From Eledone cirrhosa (Eukaryota), in assembly GCA_964016885.1 (NCBI GenBank), contig OZ024763.1:12152001-12216000 (forward strand): a stretch of DNA of 64,000 nt, in the 5' to 3' direction. The notes under the pieces were generated by a model. The model made no database searches and was not told the origin of the DNA. It saw only the letters and a program-made list of their open reading frames with translations. A program made the translations under genes and the position numbers. Shown in pieces: positions 44,201 through 57,985 of the stretch. Every line of letters begins with the position of its first letter. Position 1 is the stretch's first letter.

Positions 44201-45731
44201 GTCATGTAGGTGTCACAACAAAAAGCACCCAGTCCACACTGTAAAGTGGTCATGTAGGTGTCACAACAAAAAGCACCCAGTCCACACTGTAAAGTGGTCA
44301 TGTAGGTGTCACAACAAAAAGCACCCAGTCCACACTGTAAAGTGGTCATGTAGGTGTCACGACAAAAAACACCCAGTCCACACTGTAAAGTGGTCATGTA
44401 GGTGTCACGACAAAAAACACCCAGCCCACACTGTAAAGTGGTCATGTAGGTGTCACGACAAAAAACACCCAGTCCACACTGTAAAGTGGTCATGTAGGTG
44501 TCACGACAAAAAACACCCAGTCCACACTGTAAAGTGGTCATGTAGGTGTCACGACAAAAAGCACCCAGTCCACACTGTAAAGTGGTCATGTAGGTGTCAC
44601 GACAAAAAGCACCCAGTCCACACTGTAAAGTGGTCATGTAGGTGTCACGACAAAAAGCACCCAGTCCACACTGTAAAGTGGTCATGTAGGTGTCACAACA
44701 AAAAACACCCAGTCCACACTGTAAACTGGTCATGTAGGTGTCACGACAAAAAGCACCCAGTCCACACTGTAAAGTGGTCATGTAGGTGTCACGACAAAAA
44801 ACACCCAGCCCACACTGTAAAGTGGTCATGTAGGTGTCACGACAAAAAACACCCAGTCCACACTGTAAAGTGGTCATGTAGGTGTCACAACAAAAAGCAC
44901 CCAGTCCACACTGTAAAGTGGTCATGTAGGTGTCACAACAAAAAACACCCAGTCCACACTGTAAAGTGGTCATGTAGGTGTCACAACAAAAAACACCCAG
45001 TCCACACTGTAAAGTGGTCATGTAGTTGTCACAACAAAAAACACCCAGTGCACACTGTAAAGTGATCATTTAGGTTTCACAACAAAAAACACCCAGTCCA
45101 CACTGTAAAGTGGTCATGTAGGTGTCACAACAAAAAGCACCCAGTCCACACTGTAAAGTGGTCATGTAGGTGTCACAACAAAAAGCACCCAGTCCACACT
45201 GTAAAGTGGTCATGTAGGTGTCACAACAAAAAGCACCCAGTCCACACTGTAAAGTGGTCATGTAGGTGTCACAACAAAAAGCACCCAGTCCACACTGTAA
45301 AGTGGTCATGTAGGTGTCACGACAAAAAACACCCAGTCCACACTGTAAAGTGGTCATGTAGGTGTCACAACAAAAAGCACCCAGTCCACACTGTAAAGTG
45401 GTCATGTAGGTGTCACGACAAAAAACACCCAGTCCACACTGTAAAGTGGTCATGTAGGTGTCACGACAAAAAACACCCAGTCCACACTGTAAAGTGGTCA
45501 TGTAGGTGTCACAACAAAAAGCACCCAGTCCACACTGTAAAGTGGTCATGTAGGTGTCACGACAAAAAACACCCAGTCCACACTGTAAAGTGGTCATGTA
45601 GGTGTCACAACAAAAAACACCCAGTCCACACTGTAAAGTGGTCATGTAGGTGTCACAACAAAAAACACCCAGTCCACACTGTAAAGTGGTCATGAGGTGA
45701 CACAACAAAAAACACCCAGTCCACACTGTAA
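41298..45731 (+). repeat. 48-bp satellite (gtggtcatgtaggtgtcacgacaaaaaacacccagtccacactgtaaa) x~92, derived from a SINE internal unit
   Basis: 48-bp period; unit aligns with SINE-1 segment gtggtcgtggaggtgccacggcaaaaaagcacccagcactcactgtaaa; followed directly by the SINE tail at 45732-45870. Confidence 0.95.
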
Positions 45732-45972
45732 ATGTGTTTAGTGTTAGGAAGTGTATCCAGCTGGAGAAAGCAAACCAAAATCAGTATGAGCAAGGCATGG
45801 TCACCTGATCTGACTTGTCTCACAACGGGGAAATGGACGTTAAACGGTGATTATGAGGATGATGATGATGATATATTCACACACATATATACATGTGTGT
45901 GTTCTGTGTTTTTGTATGGGACACACAACATGGTTGATTTGGCAATCTCCTTCTCTATGTATGTATATGTGA

Positions 45973-46017
<45 letters not shown>

Positions 46018-46118
46018 CACACACACACCCTGAATACCCACATCTATGTTTTTTTCATTTTTCTCATTTTCCCCCTTTCCTTCCTCTCATCAATCATTAC
46101 TTTCTATTTCTAACTCTA

Positions 46119-46154
46119 TCTTCTGACAAAGGACTAGTGTCCGAAACGTCAAGA
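46119..46154 (+). ncRNA. Degenerate Penelope-type minimal HHR (G8A) in a PLE-like 3' remnant (46025-46240)
   Basis: tctt CTGACAA a-ggac-tagt-gtcc GAAA cg TC aaga. Confidence 0.55.
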
Positions 46155-46277
46155 CTCTCTTTCTGCTATTTCAAGCATTAAACTAATATATTTTTTCCAT
46201 GTACTGTGTCGTTTGTTTTGTTAATTTTGTCACTACTTTTACATCGATAGATACATATATGTATAAAATGGACCTTA

Positions 46278-47797
46278 AAACGGGTGTACTTGTCCTATAA
46301 CGGGTGTACCTGTCCTATAACCGGTGTACCTGTCTTATAACGAGTGTACCTGTCCTCTAACGGGTGTACTTGCCCTATAACGGGTGTACCTGTCCTATAA
46401 CCGGTGTACCTGTCTTATAACGGGTGTACCTGTCTTATAACGGGTGTACCTGTCTTATAACGGGTGTACCTGTCCTATAACCGGTGTACCTGTCCTATAA
46501 CGGGTGTACCTGTCTTATAACGGGTGTACCTGTCTTATAACGGGTGTACCTGTCTTATAACGGGTGTACCTGTCCTATAACGGGTGTACCTCTCCTATAA
46601 CGGGTGTACCTGTCTTATAACGAGTGTACCTGTCCTCTAACGGGTGTACCTGTCCTATAACGGGTGTACCTGTCCTATAACCGGTGTACCTGTCTTATAA
46701 CGGGTGTACCTGTCCTATAACGGGTGTACCTCTCCTATAACGGGTGTACCTCTCCTATAACGGGTGTACCTGTCTTATAACGAGTGTACCTTTCCTCTAA
46801 CGGGTGTACCTGTCCTATAACGGGTGTACCTGTCCTATAACCGGTGTACCTGTCTTATAACGGGTGTACCTGTCCTATAACGGGTGTACCTGTCCTATAA
46901 CCGGTGTACCTGTCCTATAACGGGTGTACCTGTCTTATAACGGGTGTACCTGTCTTATAACGGGTGTACCTGTCCTATAACGGGTGTACCTCTCCTATAA
47001 CGGGTGTACCTGTCTTATAACGAGTGTACCTGTCCTCTAACGGGTGTACCTGTCCTATAACGGGTGTACCTGTCTTATAAGGGGTGTACCTGTCCTATAA
47101 CGGGTGTACCTGTCCTATAACGGGTGTACCTGTCTTATAAGGGGTGTACCTGTCTTATAACGGGTGTACCTGTCTTATAACGGGTGTACCTGTCCTCTAA
47201 GGGGTGTACCTGTCTTATAACGGGTGTACCTGTCTTATAACGGGTGTACCTGTCCTATAACGGGTGTACCTGTCTTATAACGGGTGTACCTGTCCTATAA
47301 CGGGTGTACCTGTCTTATAACGGGTGTACCTGTCCTCTAACGGGTGTACCTCTCCTATAACGGGTGTACCTCTCCTATAACGGGTGTACCTGTCCTATAA
47401 CGGGTGTACCTGTCTTATAAGGGGTGTACCTGTCCTATAACGGGTGTACCTGTCCTATAACGGGTGTACCTGTCTTATAAGGGGTGTACCTGTCTTATAA
47501 CGGGTGTACCTGTCTTATAAGGGGTGTACCTGTCTTATAACGGGTGTACCTGTCCTCTAAGGGGTGTACCTGTCTTATAACGGGTGTACCTGTCCTATAA
47601 CGGGTGTACCTGTCTTATAAGGGGTGTACCTGTCTTATAACGGGTGTACCTGTCCTATAACGGGTGTACCTGTCTTATAACGGGTGTACCTGTCCTCTAA
47701 CGGGTGTACCTCTCCTATAACGGGTGTACCTCTCCTATAACGGGTGTACCTGTCCTCTAACGGGTGTACCTCTCCTATAACGGGTGTACCTCTCCTA
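46278..47797 (+). repeat. 20-bp minisatellite (cgggtgtacctgtcctataa) x~76
   Basis: Exact 20-bp period. Confidence 0.95.
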
Positions 47798-48134
47798 TAT
47801 ATATGTTTGTCTATAGGTACTTAGTGTGAAGGCGTTTTATGTGTCTTTATATTACTGCGTATCTTTCTCTAAATATGTTTTTTTTCAAAGAAACCTTGTT
47901 CTTAAAATCCCTTGGCCAATGACCTCCACCCATCCTATTCCCCACCTTCCCCTACCTCCAGAAAACCTATAAACACCACCAGGGCTTTCCTGGTGATTTT
48001 TTTTTCTTCGAATGAAACAGTTCTAGTCCTGTAGAAGCTATTTCTATATTAAATATTATATATACTCTACCACCTATTGACTATCTTACTGTGGTCAGCC
48101 CACATTGAACCCAGGGGACAGAGACACACATGTA

Positions 48135-48309
48135 CAGGTAAAATTCCGTTATAACGAATACCATTATAACAAATTTTTCAGTATAACGAAATATTTTTCA
48201 ATCCTCGGCCAAACGGTCGATGTGTTAGGTCGATCTTGTTATAAAAGAATATTCCGTTACAACGAATCTTTTGTATACCCGTGAATTTCGTTATAATAGA
48301 ATTTCACTG
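48135..48309. mobile_element. Tigger/pogo-like MITE with TA target duplication
   Basis: ta|caggtaaaattccgttataacgaa ... ttcgttataatagaatttcactg|ta. Confidence 0.75.
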
Positions 48310-48403
48310 TATATATGTATATATATCACAGAAAAAATGGTACGTACCATCGCTGAATATTAATATCGGTAAGGTTTTTTTTTATATCGATGTTTGACGG
48401 GCA

Positions 48404-48525
48404 TCCACTGATGATTTATAAGTACCCACCTACATATATTCCTACGGACTATGTGTAGGCTTCTACATAACCTGGACATTATTTTCCCAATTTGTAGAAA
48501 ACTTATAATGAAACGATCGTTTGGA
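48404..48525 (+). ncRNA. Type I HHR with branched (three-way junction) helix II
   Basis: tcca CTGATGA t-ttataagt [two hairpins] acttataa-t GAAA c-gatc-g TT tgga. Confidence 0.75.
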
Positions 48526-48851
48526 AAGAGAGATGTATTTTAATTATGTCTCATATAAAATAATACAACTGGCTATCCGCAAAATACGTATAGTTAGCAC
48601 CCCAAACGTATAATTGGGATTATACTAAGGTATATCCTAATGTTTGTTGAGTGAGACGGAAGCCGGTCGGAGTATTGCTTAAAGCTTTCTCTGTTAATGT
48701 ATTATATATCTTTAAACCGAGCTGCTGATCCGTCTAAGGTGAAACAATTGTGCTCGGTATGGTGAACTAACTGTTGTGTAACCACTTTTACCTAACTCGT
48801 CCCATGGACTGAGTGCTCTACCACTACGGATATTACCTTCCAGTGTTCTAC

Positions 48852-48891
<40 letters not shown>

Positions 48892-48932
48892 GATATATTA
48901 ACAAATGGAAACTATATTTATAAAACCATATT

Positions 48933-49087
48933 TATTTCATTATACATATTTCAAGGACTCCAAGTTAAATTATGGTGTGCTTTCATCAGATAAAATATAA
49001 TATAGATCAGTTTTATATATTATATTTTATCTGATGAAAGCACACCATAATTTAACTTGGTGTCCTTGAAATATGTATAATGAAATA
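48933..49087. ncRNA. Divergent pair of family C HHRs (48933-48997 minus; 49023-49087 plus) in palindrome 48892-49130
   Basis: tattttat CTGATGA aagcacacca...tggtgtcctt GAAA t-atgt-a TA atgaaata on both strands. Confidence 0.8.
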
Positions 49088-49214
49088 AATATGGTTTTAT
49101 AAATACAGTTTCCATTTGTTAATATATCGTATTTTTACTCCAATAACTTGTTGAGTGCTTTATATCAGTTATAAAAATATTTGCTTGTTGTATCCCAACA
49201 ATTTAAATAGAACT

Positions 49215-49286
<72 letters not shown>

Positions 49287-49467
49287 AATAGGTAAATATT
49301 TAAATTATATTTTTTAATTTATTTTAAAAAATTGGTTGAATTTTGCTTGTTCTGCTTATCTTAATATTATAGTTCTGGTATGTCAAATTAATACCAGAGA
49401 ACAACCTTAAATCATAGACAACCTATATATTTCTAGGGGTACTTAGTACCCACGGGCATATTAACTT

Positions 49468-49505
<38 letters not shown>

Positions 49506-49513
49506 TAACGATA

Positions 49514-49713
49514 TAACGAAGGAAATGTGGTAAGGAACCAGGTGGACCATAACGCACCAAAGTACTCAATACTTAGGGTAGTAGAGTGGGTACTAGGAAC
49601 GAGTAGAATCCCGACGGCTGAGCTCAAGCCGTTTCGACGGCTAATTCTGGACTAAGTCCAGAATTAGCCGTCGAAACGGCTTGAGCTCAGCCGTCGGGGT
49701 CCTACTCGTTCCT
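49514..49713 (-). mobile_element. Family A element with the fullest palindrome (centre ctggact-a-agtccag)
   Basis: Arms 49596-49653 / 49655-49713 plus tail. Confidence 0.85.
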
Positions 49714-52314
49714 ATATATATATATATAAGGGATAACAAAATATCCAGTTAGAGGTTGTGAATACTTCCTGTTTTGTACTGTTGACCATGTTATTCTTCA
49801 CTCTTTCAATATATATATATATGTGTGTGTATGTATGTATGTATACACCCTCTCCTAACATGTATGTTGATGATAGTAGTTTAGCAGTAGATATTTAGTA
49901 GTAACACCTCCTCTACACTGATGTATCTAAATAAAAGACTCTTAATACTGACATTTTACACACATGTTTATATACACGCGTCAACTAAACACTGATGTTT
50001 ATTCACAACTTGTCCACATTATACATCCCTCTGAAAGCTATTGACATTTCTTGGGTCTGACATATCAATTAAATTTGACATTTATATACACTCACCACCA
50101 CTGGCATTTATATACATACATATGTATATACATAGATACATATGTATATACATACATACACACTTACTTACATATGTACATACTTATATACATATATACA
50201 TATATATATATATATGAGAGAGGAAGAGAGACAGATTTACGTATGTGTGTGTGTGTGTACCCATGTGCATGGCATGTGTGTATATAAATGTATATGCACA
50301 CACACAGACACACACACAACACACACAGACACACACACACACACAACACACACAACACACACAACACACAACACACCACACACCACACACATATATATAT
50401 ACACACATTACATGCAATGTTTAAACATATATATGACTAAGGGTTGACCTGCTATTTCTCAGTTATTGAGGGTGGGACATTGGCAGGGAAAATCAGTGGA
50501 GCATCCAATAAACTGGTGGTGCATGAAGCAATAAGTCCTTGAGCAAGACACTTCATTTCATTTTGCTCCAGTTCTTTCAGCTGGAAAACAAGAGTTTTAA
50601 TGAGGTTGAACTGATGGAATACTTTAACAGAGAGAGATGTTTGTCAGAGGATCAGGTCCTTGAATTACTGCCTCGTAAAACTCTCATCTGACCCATGCCA
50701 CCATTGAAAAGTGGCTGTAAAATATGATGATGATGATGGTGATGATGATGGTGGTGATCAGGATGATGGTGTTGATGATGATGAGGATGGTGTTTATAAC
50801 GGTGGTGGTGGTGGTGGGAGTAGTGATGATGACGATCAGGACTATAGTGATGAAAGGGGTGGTGGTGGTGGTGGAAGGGGGTGATGGTGGTGGTGGTGGT
50901 GGTGGAAGGGGGTGATGGTGGTGGTGGTGGTGGTGGAATGGGGTGGTGGTGGTGGTGGTGGAAGGGGGTGGTGGTGGTAGCCATCATGATCGTGATGGTA
51001 GTGTAAGGGGTGATGATAATGATGGCAGTGTGTTGTGTTAGCCATGATGATGATGGTAGTGGTGGTAGCATGGTGATGGTAGTATTAGCCATGGTGGAGG
51101 TGGTGGCGGTAATGTTAACCCTGATTATGATGATGTCCACCTGTGCTGGACAAGGGCCAGTAAGTGACCAGGTACTGAATAATAACCACAAAACAACAGT
51201 AGGGTTACTCATAATTATTGCTTCTATTCCCCCTCTCTCTCCCTCCCTATTCCCCCTCTCTTCCCCCTCTCTCTCTCCCTCCCTCTCTTCTCCCTCTCTT
51301 CCCCCTCCTTCTATCTCTGTTTTTCTCTCAATCACTCCAGTCAGTCCTTCTCCCTCCCTCCCCCAGTCAGTCCCTCTCTCTCTCGCTCCCTACAGTCCCC
51401 CCTCTTTCTCTCCCATACAACGCCCCTCTCACCCCTCTAATCACCCACCCCACAGTCACCCCCACCACCAACCAACCAGCATGTTAATTAACAGTTGACT
51501 AAGCCAAAAATAATGTCTAAGGATTGAACCCACTCATTATCTTGTGACTGTAAATAACTCTCTAATTACATAACACAGACCCTCACTCCATCTCACACAG
51601 ACCCTCACTCCACTTACACAACACATACCCTCACTCCACTCACACACACACCCTACCATCACCACCTAATCCCTATTTCTGAGGCCCCTAACCCTTTCAA
51701 TCCCATATTTCTAATGTAAAAAAATATCCTCTATGATTTTCAAATAATTTTGAAAAAAAACAAAACAATTTAGAGGGGTTTATTAATATATCTAACTTTC
51801 TCATTGTTAAGCTGGTGTCTGGAACATAACTTAACAAAGGTTCTTACACAATATTATCTTGGGAGGTTTTTAGATAAAAATAACACTGTAAAATAAACCA
51901 TTTTGTATGATAGAAGCAGGGGTTGTTTGGAACATAACTTAACAAAAGTTCTTACACAATATTGTGTCACCTGATCCCTATGAAATAATTTACTAAGGAC
52001 CCTCAACACCTTCTGTCATACAGCCCCTACCACAGGGCTCTCCCACCTGACCCCTATAACATAGTTCTTACAAGAACCTTAACCATGCCTCTGGTCACAC
52101 ATTCCCTACAACAGGGCCTTAAATATCTCTTCAGTCATACACCCTATAAAACCTGATCCCTGACATTGATTTTAGCAGAACCTTGACCTCAGAGCTGTGA
52201 AAAGTTGGAACACATACTACAGTTTTACACAGCCCCTGTGGCAGGGCCCTATCTCTTCAGCCACACACCCCTTAAAACCTGATCCCTGTCATGTTGACTT
52301 TAGAAGGACCTTAC

Positions 52315-52393
52315 CTCAGAAGAGTAAAGAGTTTGAACAAACACTGCAGTGTGTTCTGTTGGATACTCTACCGCTTCTGGTGATGTCATAAGT
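52315..52393 (-). CDS. Candidate host exon (79 nt): (R)LMTSPEAVEYPTEHTAVFVQTLYSSE; product unknown
   Basis: Acceptor tattttctccccctctccttattaatAG and donor gag|GTAAGG flank a non-repetitive island with one open frame. Confidence 0.5.
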
Positions 52394-53062
52394 CTATTAA
52401 TAAGGAGAGGGGGAGAAAATAGGAGAATAAGGATGATGACAATGATGATGATGATGATGATGAGAACAATGATTGTGATGACGAAGATAATGATTGTGAT
52501 GGTGATGATGCTGATAGTGATGGTGATGATGATGATAGTGATGCCGATGATAGTGGTAATGATGATGATGATAGTGATGGTGATGATAGTGGTGATAGTG
52601 GTGATAGTGATGATAGTGATGCTGATGGTGATGATGATAGTGATGCTGATGATGATAGTGATGCTGGTGATGATGATAGTGATGGTGATGATAGTGGTGA
52701 TAATAAAAATAATTGTTTCCTGTGAGCTATTGAACTTGTACACCTATTTAGGTTTAATTTAGCTGCTTATCAGCTTACACAATAGTTTGTGGGGGGGGGT
52801 AGTCTATTTCTTAACCACCACCACCTCCACCACCAACAAAAACACCGCCACCACCACTACCACCACCACCACCACTTGTGTAGACATAGTCTTGTAGGCG
52901 AGGGGGTGGAGAGTGAGGGAGGGGGAGAGAGAGAGAGATAGATAGTGAAAGATACAGACAGTGAGACAAACAGTGATAGAGAGTGAATGACAGAGAGAGA
53001 GAGAGAGAGAGAAAGAGAGGGTGTGAGGGTGACATGAGAGCAAGGGTGAGACTATAAGTATT

Positions 53063-55990
53063 CATTTCCTTGCTACCCACCCTCACTACCACCACTACCC
53101 TCTCACTGCTATAACATGGGTGAGAGGCAGAAAAAGACTAAAAGACTTAATGGAGGGGGATCAGGTGACAGTTGTTTTCTCACCCTTTACAACTCCTGTA
53201 AGCAGGTTGTGGTTGTAAAGAGGTCGGAAGTTGGTGCAGCAGTTTTATTGAAGTATGAAATCTCTTACCTTGCTTACCTCCCCTTCTTCTTCAGCTTCAG
53301 CTTCCAGTCCACTCTCACACACACAGCCACAGAAAACACATACACAGACACTCACTCACACACAGACACAGACACAGACAACACAGACACACTCACACAT
53401 ACACAGACACAGACAACACAGACACAGACAACACAGACACACTCTCACACACACACCTTCACACCACTAACATACATAACAATTTACTGTTAGTAATAAC
53501 ACACACACACCAGCTTTACAGCACTCCCACATCTACTTAATGATAACACACACACACAGTCTTTACATTACACACACATTCACACACACACACACGGTCT
53601 TTACATTACACACACACACTCAATCTTTAAATTACACACACACACACTCAATATTTACATTACACACACATTCACACACTCAATCTTTACATTACACACA
53701 CTCTCACACACAGTCAGTCTTTACATTAGATACACACTCAATATTTACATTATACACACATTCACACACTCAATCTTTACATTACACACACTCTCACACA
53801 CACACAGTCAGTCTTTACATTATACACACACTCAATCTTTACATTACACACACACTCAGTCTTTACATTAGATACACACTCAATATTTACATTACACACA
53901 CATTCACACACTCAATCTTTACATTACACACACTCACACAATCAGTCTTTACATTACACACATACACACACACACACTCAATCTTTACATTACACACATA
54001 CACACACACACTCAATCTTTACATTATACACACTCACACACACACACTCAATCTTTACATCACACACTCAATCTTTACATTACACACTCAATCTTTACAT
54101 TACACACTCAATCTTTACATTACACACTCAATCTTTACATTACACACTCAATCTTTACACACTCAATCTTTACATTACACACTCAATCTTTACATTACAC
54201 ACTCAATCTTTACACACTCAATCTTTACATTACACACTCAATCTTTACATCACACACTCAATCTTTACATTACACACTCAATCTTTACATCACGCACTCA
54301 ATCTTTACATTACACACTCAATCTTTACATCACGCACTCAATCTTTACATTACACACTCAATCTTTACATTACACACTCAATCTTTACATTACACACTCA
54401 ATCTTTACATTACACACTCAATCTTTACACACTCAATCTTTACATTACACATTCAATCTTTACACACACACTCAATCTTTACACACACACTCAATCTTTA
54501 CATTACACACTCAATCTTTACATTACACATTCAATCTTTACACACACACTCAATCTTTACATCACGCACTCAATCTTTACATTACACACTCAATCTTTAC
54601 ACACACACACTCAATCTTTACATTATACACATACACACACTCTCACTCAATCTTTACATTACACACATATACACACACACACACTCAATCTTTACATCAC
54701 ACACTCAATCTTTACATTACACACACACACACTCAATCTTTACATCACACACTCAATCTTTACACACACCCTCAAACTTTACATTACACACTCAATCTTT
54801 ACACACACACTCAATCTTTACATTACACACTCAATCTTTACATTACACACTCAATCTTTACATTACACACTCAATCTTTACACACACACTCAATCTTTAC
54901 ATTACACACTCAATCTTTACATTACACATTCAATCTTTACACACACACACTCAATCTTTACATTACACATTCAATCTTTACACACACACTCAATCTTTAC
55001 ATTACACACTCAATCGTTACATTACACACTCAATCTTTACATTACACACTCAATCTTTACATTACACACTCAATCGTTACATTACACATTCAATCTTTAC
55101 ACACACACTCAATCGTTACATTACACACTCAATCGTTACATTACACATTCAATCTTTACACACACACTCAATCGTTACATTACACACTCAATCTTTACAT
55201 TACACCACTAACATATATTTAATCTAACTGTTAATAACAGACTCAACCAATTTTACACCACACACACACACATCACTCACATATATATATATATATATAT
55301 ACACACACATACATACATGCACCCATACAAATACATATACACACACACCACACACCGCTCTCACACATGCACCACACACCGCTCACACACACATTTCCTT
55401 GCTACCCACCCCCACTACCACCACACACCGCTCTCACACCACACACCACTCTCACACACCCATACATACACACGCACCACACACCGCTCACACACACATT
55501 TCCTTGCTACCCACCCTCACTACCACCACTACCCTCTCACTGCTATAACATGGGTGAGAGGCAGAAAAAGACTAAAAGACTTAATGGAGGGGGATCAGGT
55601 GACAGTTGTTTTCTCACCCTTTACAACTCCTGTAAGCAGGTTGTGGTTGTAAAGAGGTCGGAAGTTGGTGCAGCAGTTTTATTGAAGTATGAAATCTCTT
55701 ACCTTGCTTACCTCCCCTTCTTCTTCAGCTTCCAGTACACTCTCACACACACAGCCACAGAAAACACATACACAGACACTCACTCACACACATACACAGA
55801 CACACTCACACATACACACCTTCACACCACTAACATACATAACAATTTACTGTTAATAATAACACACACACACACCAGCTTTACAGCACTCCCACATCTA
55901 CTTAATGATAACACACACACACACACACAGTCTTTACATTACACAGACATTCACACACACACACACACAGTCTTTACATTACACACACTC
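53063..55990 (+). repeat. Direct duplication of a ~500-bp block (53063-53610 and 55497-55990) around a 20-bp minisatellite (acattacacactcaatcttt, 53610-55205)
   Basis: Identical gctataacatgggtgagagg...cttacctccccttcttcttcagc in both copies. Confidence 0.9.
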
Positions 55991-56429
55991 AGTCTTTACA
56001 TTACACAATCTTTAAATTATATATATACACACATACATAGATGCACCCATACATATACATACACACACACACCATGCACCACTCACACATACATACACAC
56101 ACACACACTGCTCACACATACATGCATGCACTCATACATGCATGCACTCATACATGCATGCACTCATACATACACACACACACCGCTCACACACATATAT
56201 ATACACACACACATACATGCACCCATACATACACACACATCGCTCACACACACACATATATATATATACACACACATGCATCCATACATACACATACACA
56301 CTGCTCACATATCAACTAACTGTTAATAGCAAAAATACACACATAAACTTCACACAACTTATGTACATATATCCACTTAATACACACACACATGCAAAAT
56401 CACACAAGCTTCATACATACACATACATA

Positions 56430-56516
56430 TATTTACTTAATAACACATACATACACACTACACACATACATATATCTACTTAATAACACACACACTACAC
56501 ATACATATATCTACTT

Positions 56517-56552
<36 letters not shown>

Positions 56553-57878
56553 CTACTTACCAACACACACACATACATATATCTACTTAATAACACACAC
56601 ACTAATCACACATATATCTACTTAATAACACACACACCACACATACATATATCTACTTACCAACACACACACTACACACACATATATCTACTTAATAACA
56701 CACACACACACATATATATCTACTTAATAACACACACACACACACATATCTACTTACCAACACACACACTACACATACATAAATCTACTTACCAACACAC
56801 TACACACACATATCTACTTAATAACACACACTACACATACATATATCTAGTTACCAACACACACACATACATATATCTACTTAATAACACACACACTACA
56901 CACACATATATCTACTTAATAACACACACACACATACATATATCTACTTAATAACACACACACTACACATACATATATCTACTTAATAACACACACACAC
57001 ATACATATATCTACTTAATAACACACACACTACACATACATATATCTACTTAATAACACACACTACACATACATATATCTACTTACCAACACACACATAC
57101 ATATTACTTAATAACACACACACTACACACACATATATCTACTTAATAACACACACTACACATACATATATCTAGTTACCAACACACACACATACATATA
57201 TCTACTTAATAACACACACACACATACACATATCTACTTACCAACACACACACACACACACATATATCTACTTAATAACACACACACACACACATATATC
57301 TACTTACCAACACACACACTACACATACATATATCTACTTACCAACACACACACACACACATACACACACACATATATCTACTTAATAACACACACACTA
57401 CACATATATATCTACTTAATAACACACACACACATATATCTACTTACCAACACACACACTACACATACATATATCTACTTAATAACACACACACACATAC
57501 ATATATCTACTTAATAACACACACACTACACATACATATATCTACTTAATAACACACACACACATATATATATCTACTTACCAACACACACACACACACA
57601 CACATATATCTACTTAATAACACACACACTACACATATATATCTACTTAATAACACACACACACATATATATATCTACTTAATAACACACACACACATAC
57701 ATATATCTACTTAATAACACACACTACACATACATATATCTACTTAATAACACACACACGCATACATATATCTACTTAATAACACACACTACACACACAT
57801 ATATCTACTTAATAACACACACTACACACACGTATATCTACTTAATAACACACACACTACACATACATATATCTACTT

Positions 57879-57936
<58 letters not shown>

Positions 57937-57985
57937 CTACTTACCAACACACACTACACATACATAAATCTACTTACCAACACAC
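56430..57985 (+). repeat. Degenerate ~30-bp minisatellite (atatctacttaataacacacac)
   Basis: Visible periodicity. Confidence 0.9.

Noticed and set aside
41298-45731. CRISPR-like array or Cys/His-rich repeat proteins
   Set aside because: The units are head-to-tail with no unique spacers, there are no cas genes and the context is eukaryotic. The ORFs arise because the 48-bp period is divisible by 3.
51141-51213. Signal peptide MSNPTVVLWLLFSTWSLTGPCPAQ
   Set aside because: There is no acceptor or promoter context upstream (GA repeat). The alternative reading as acceptor plus a 34-nt exon fits better, and both are unproven.
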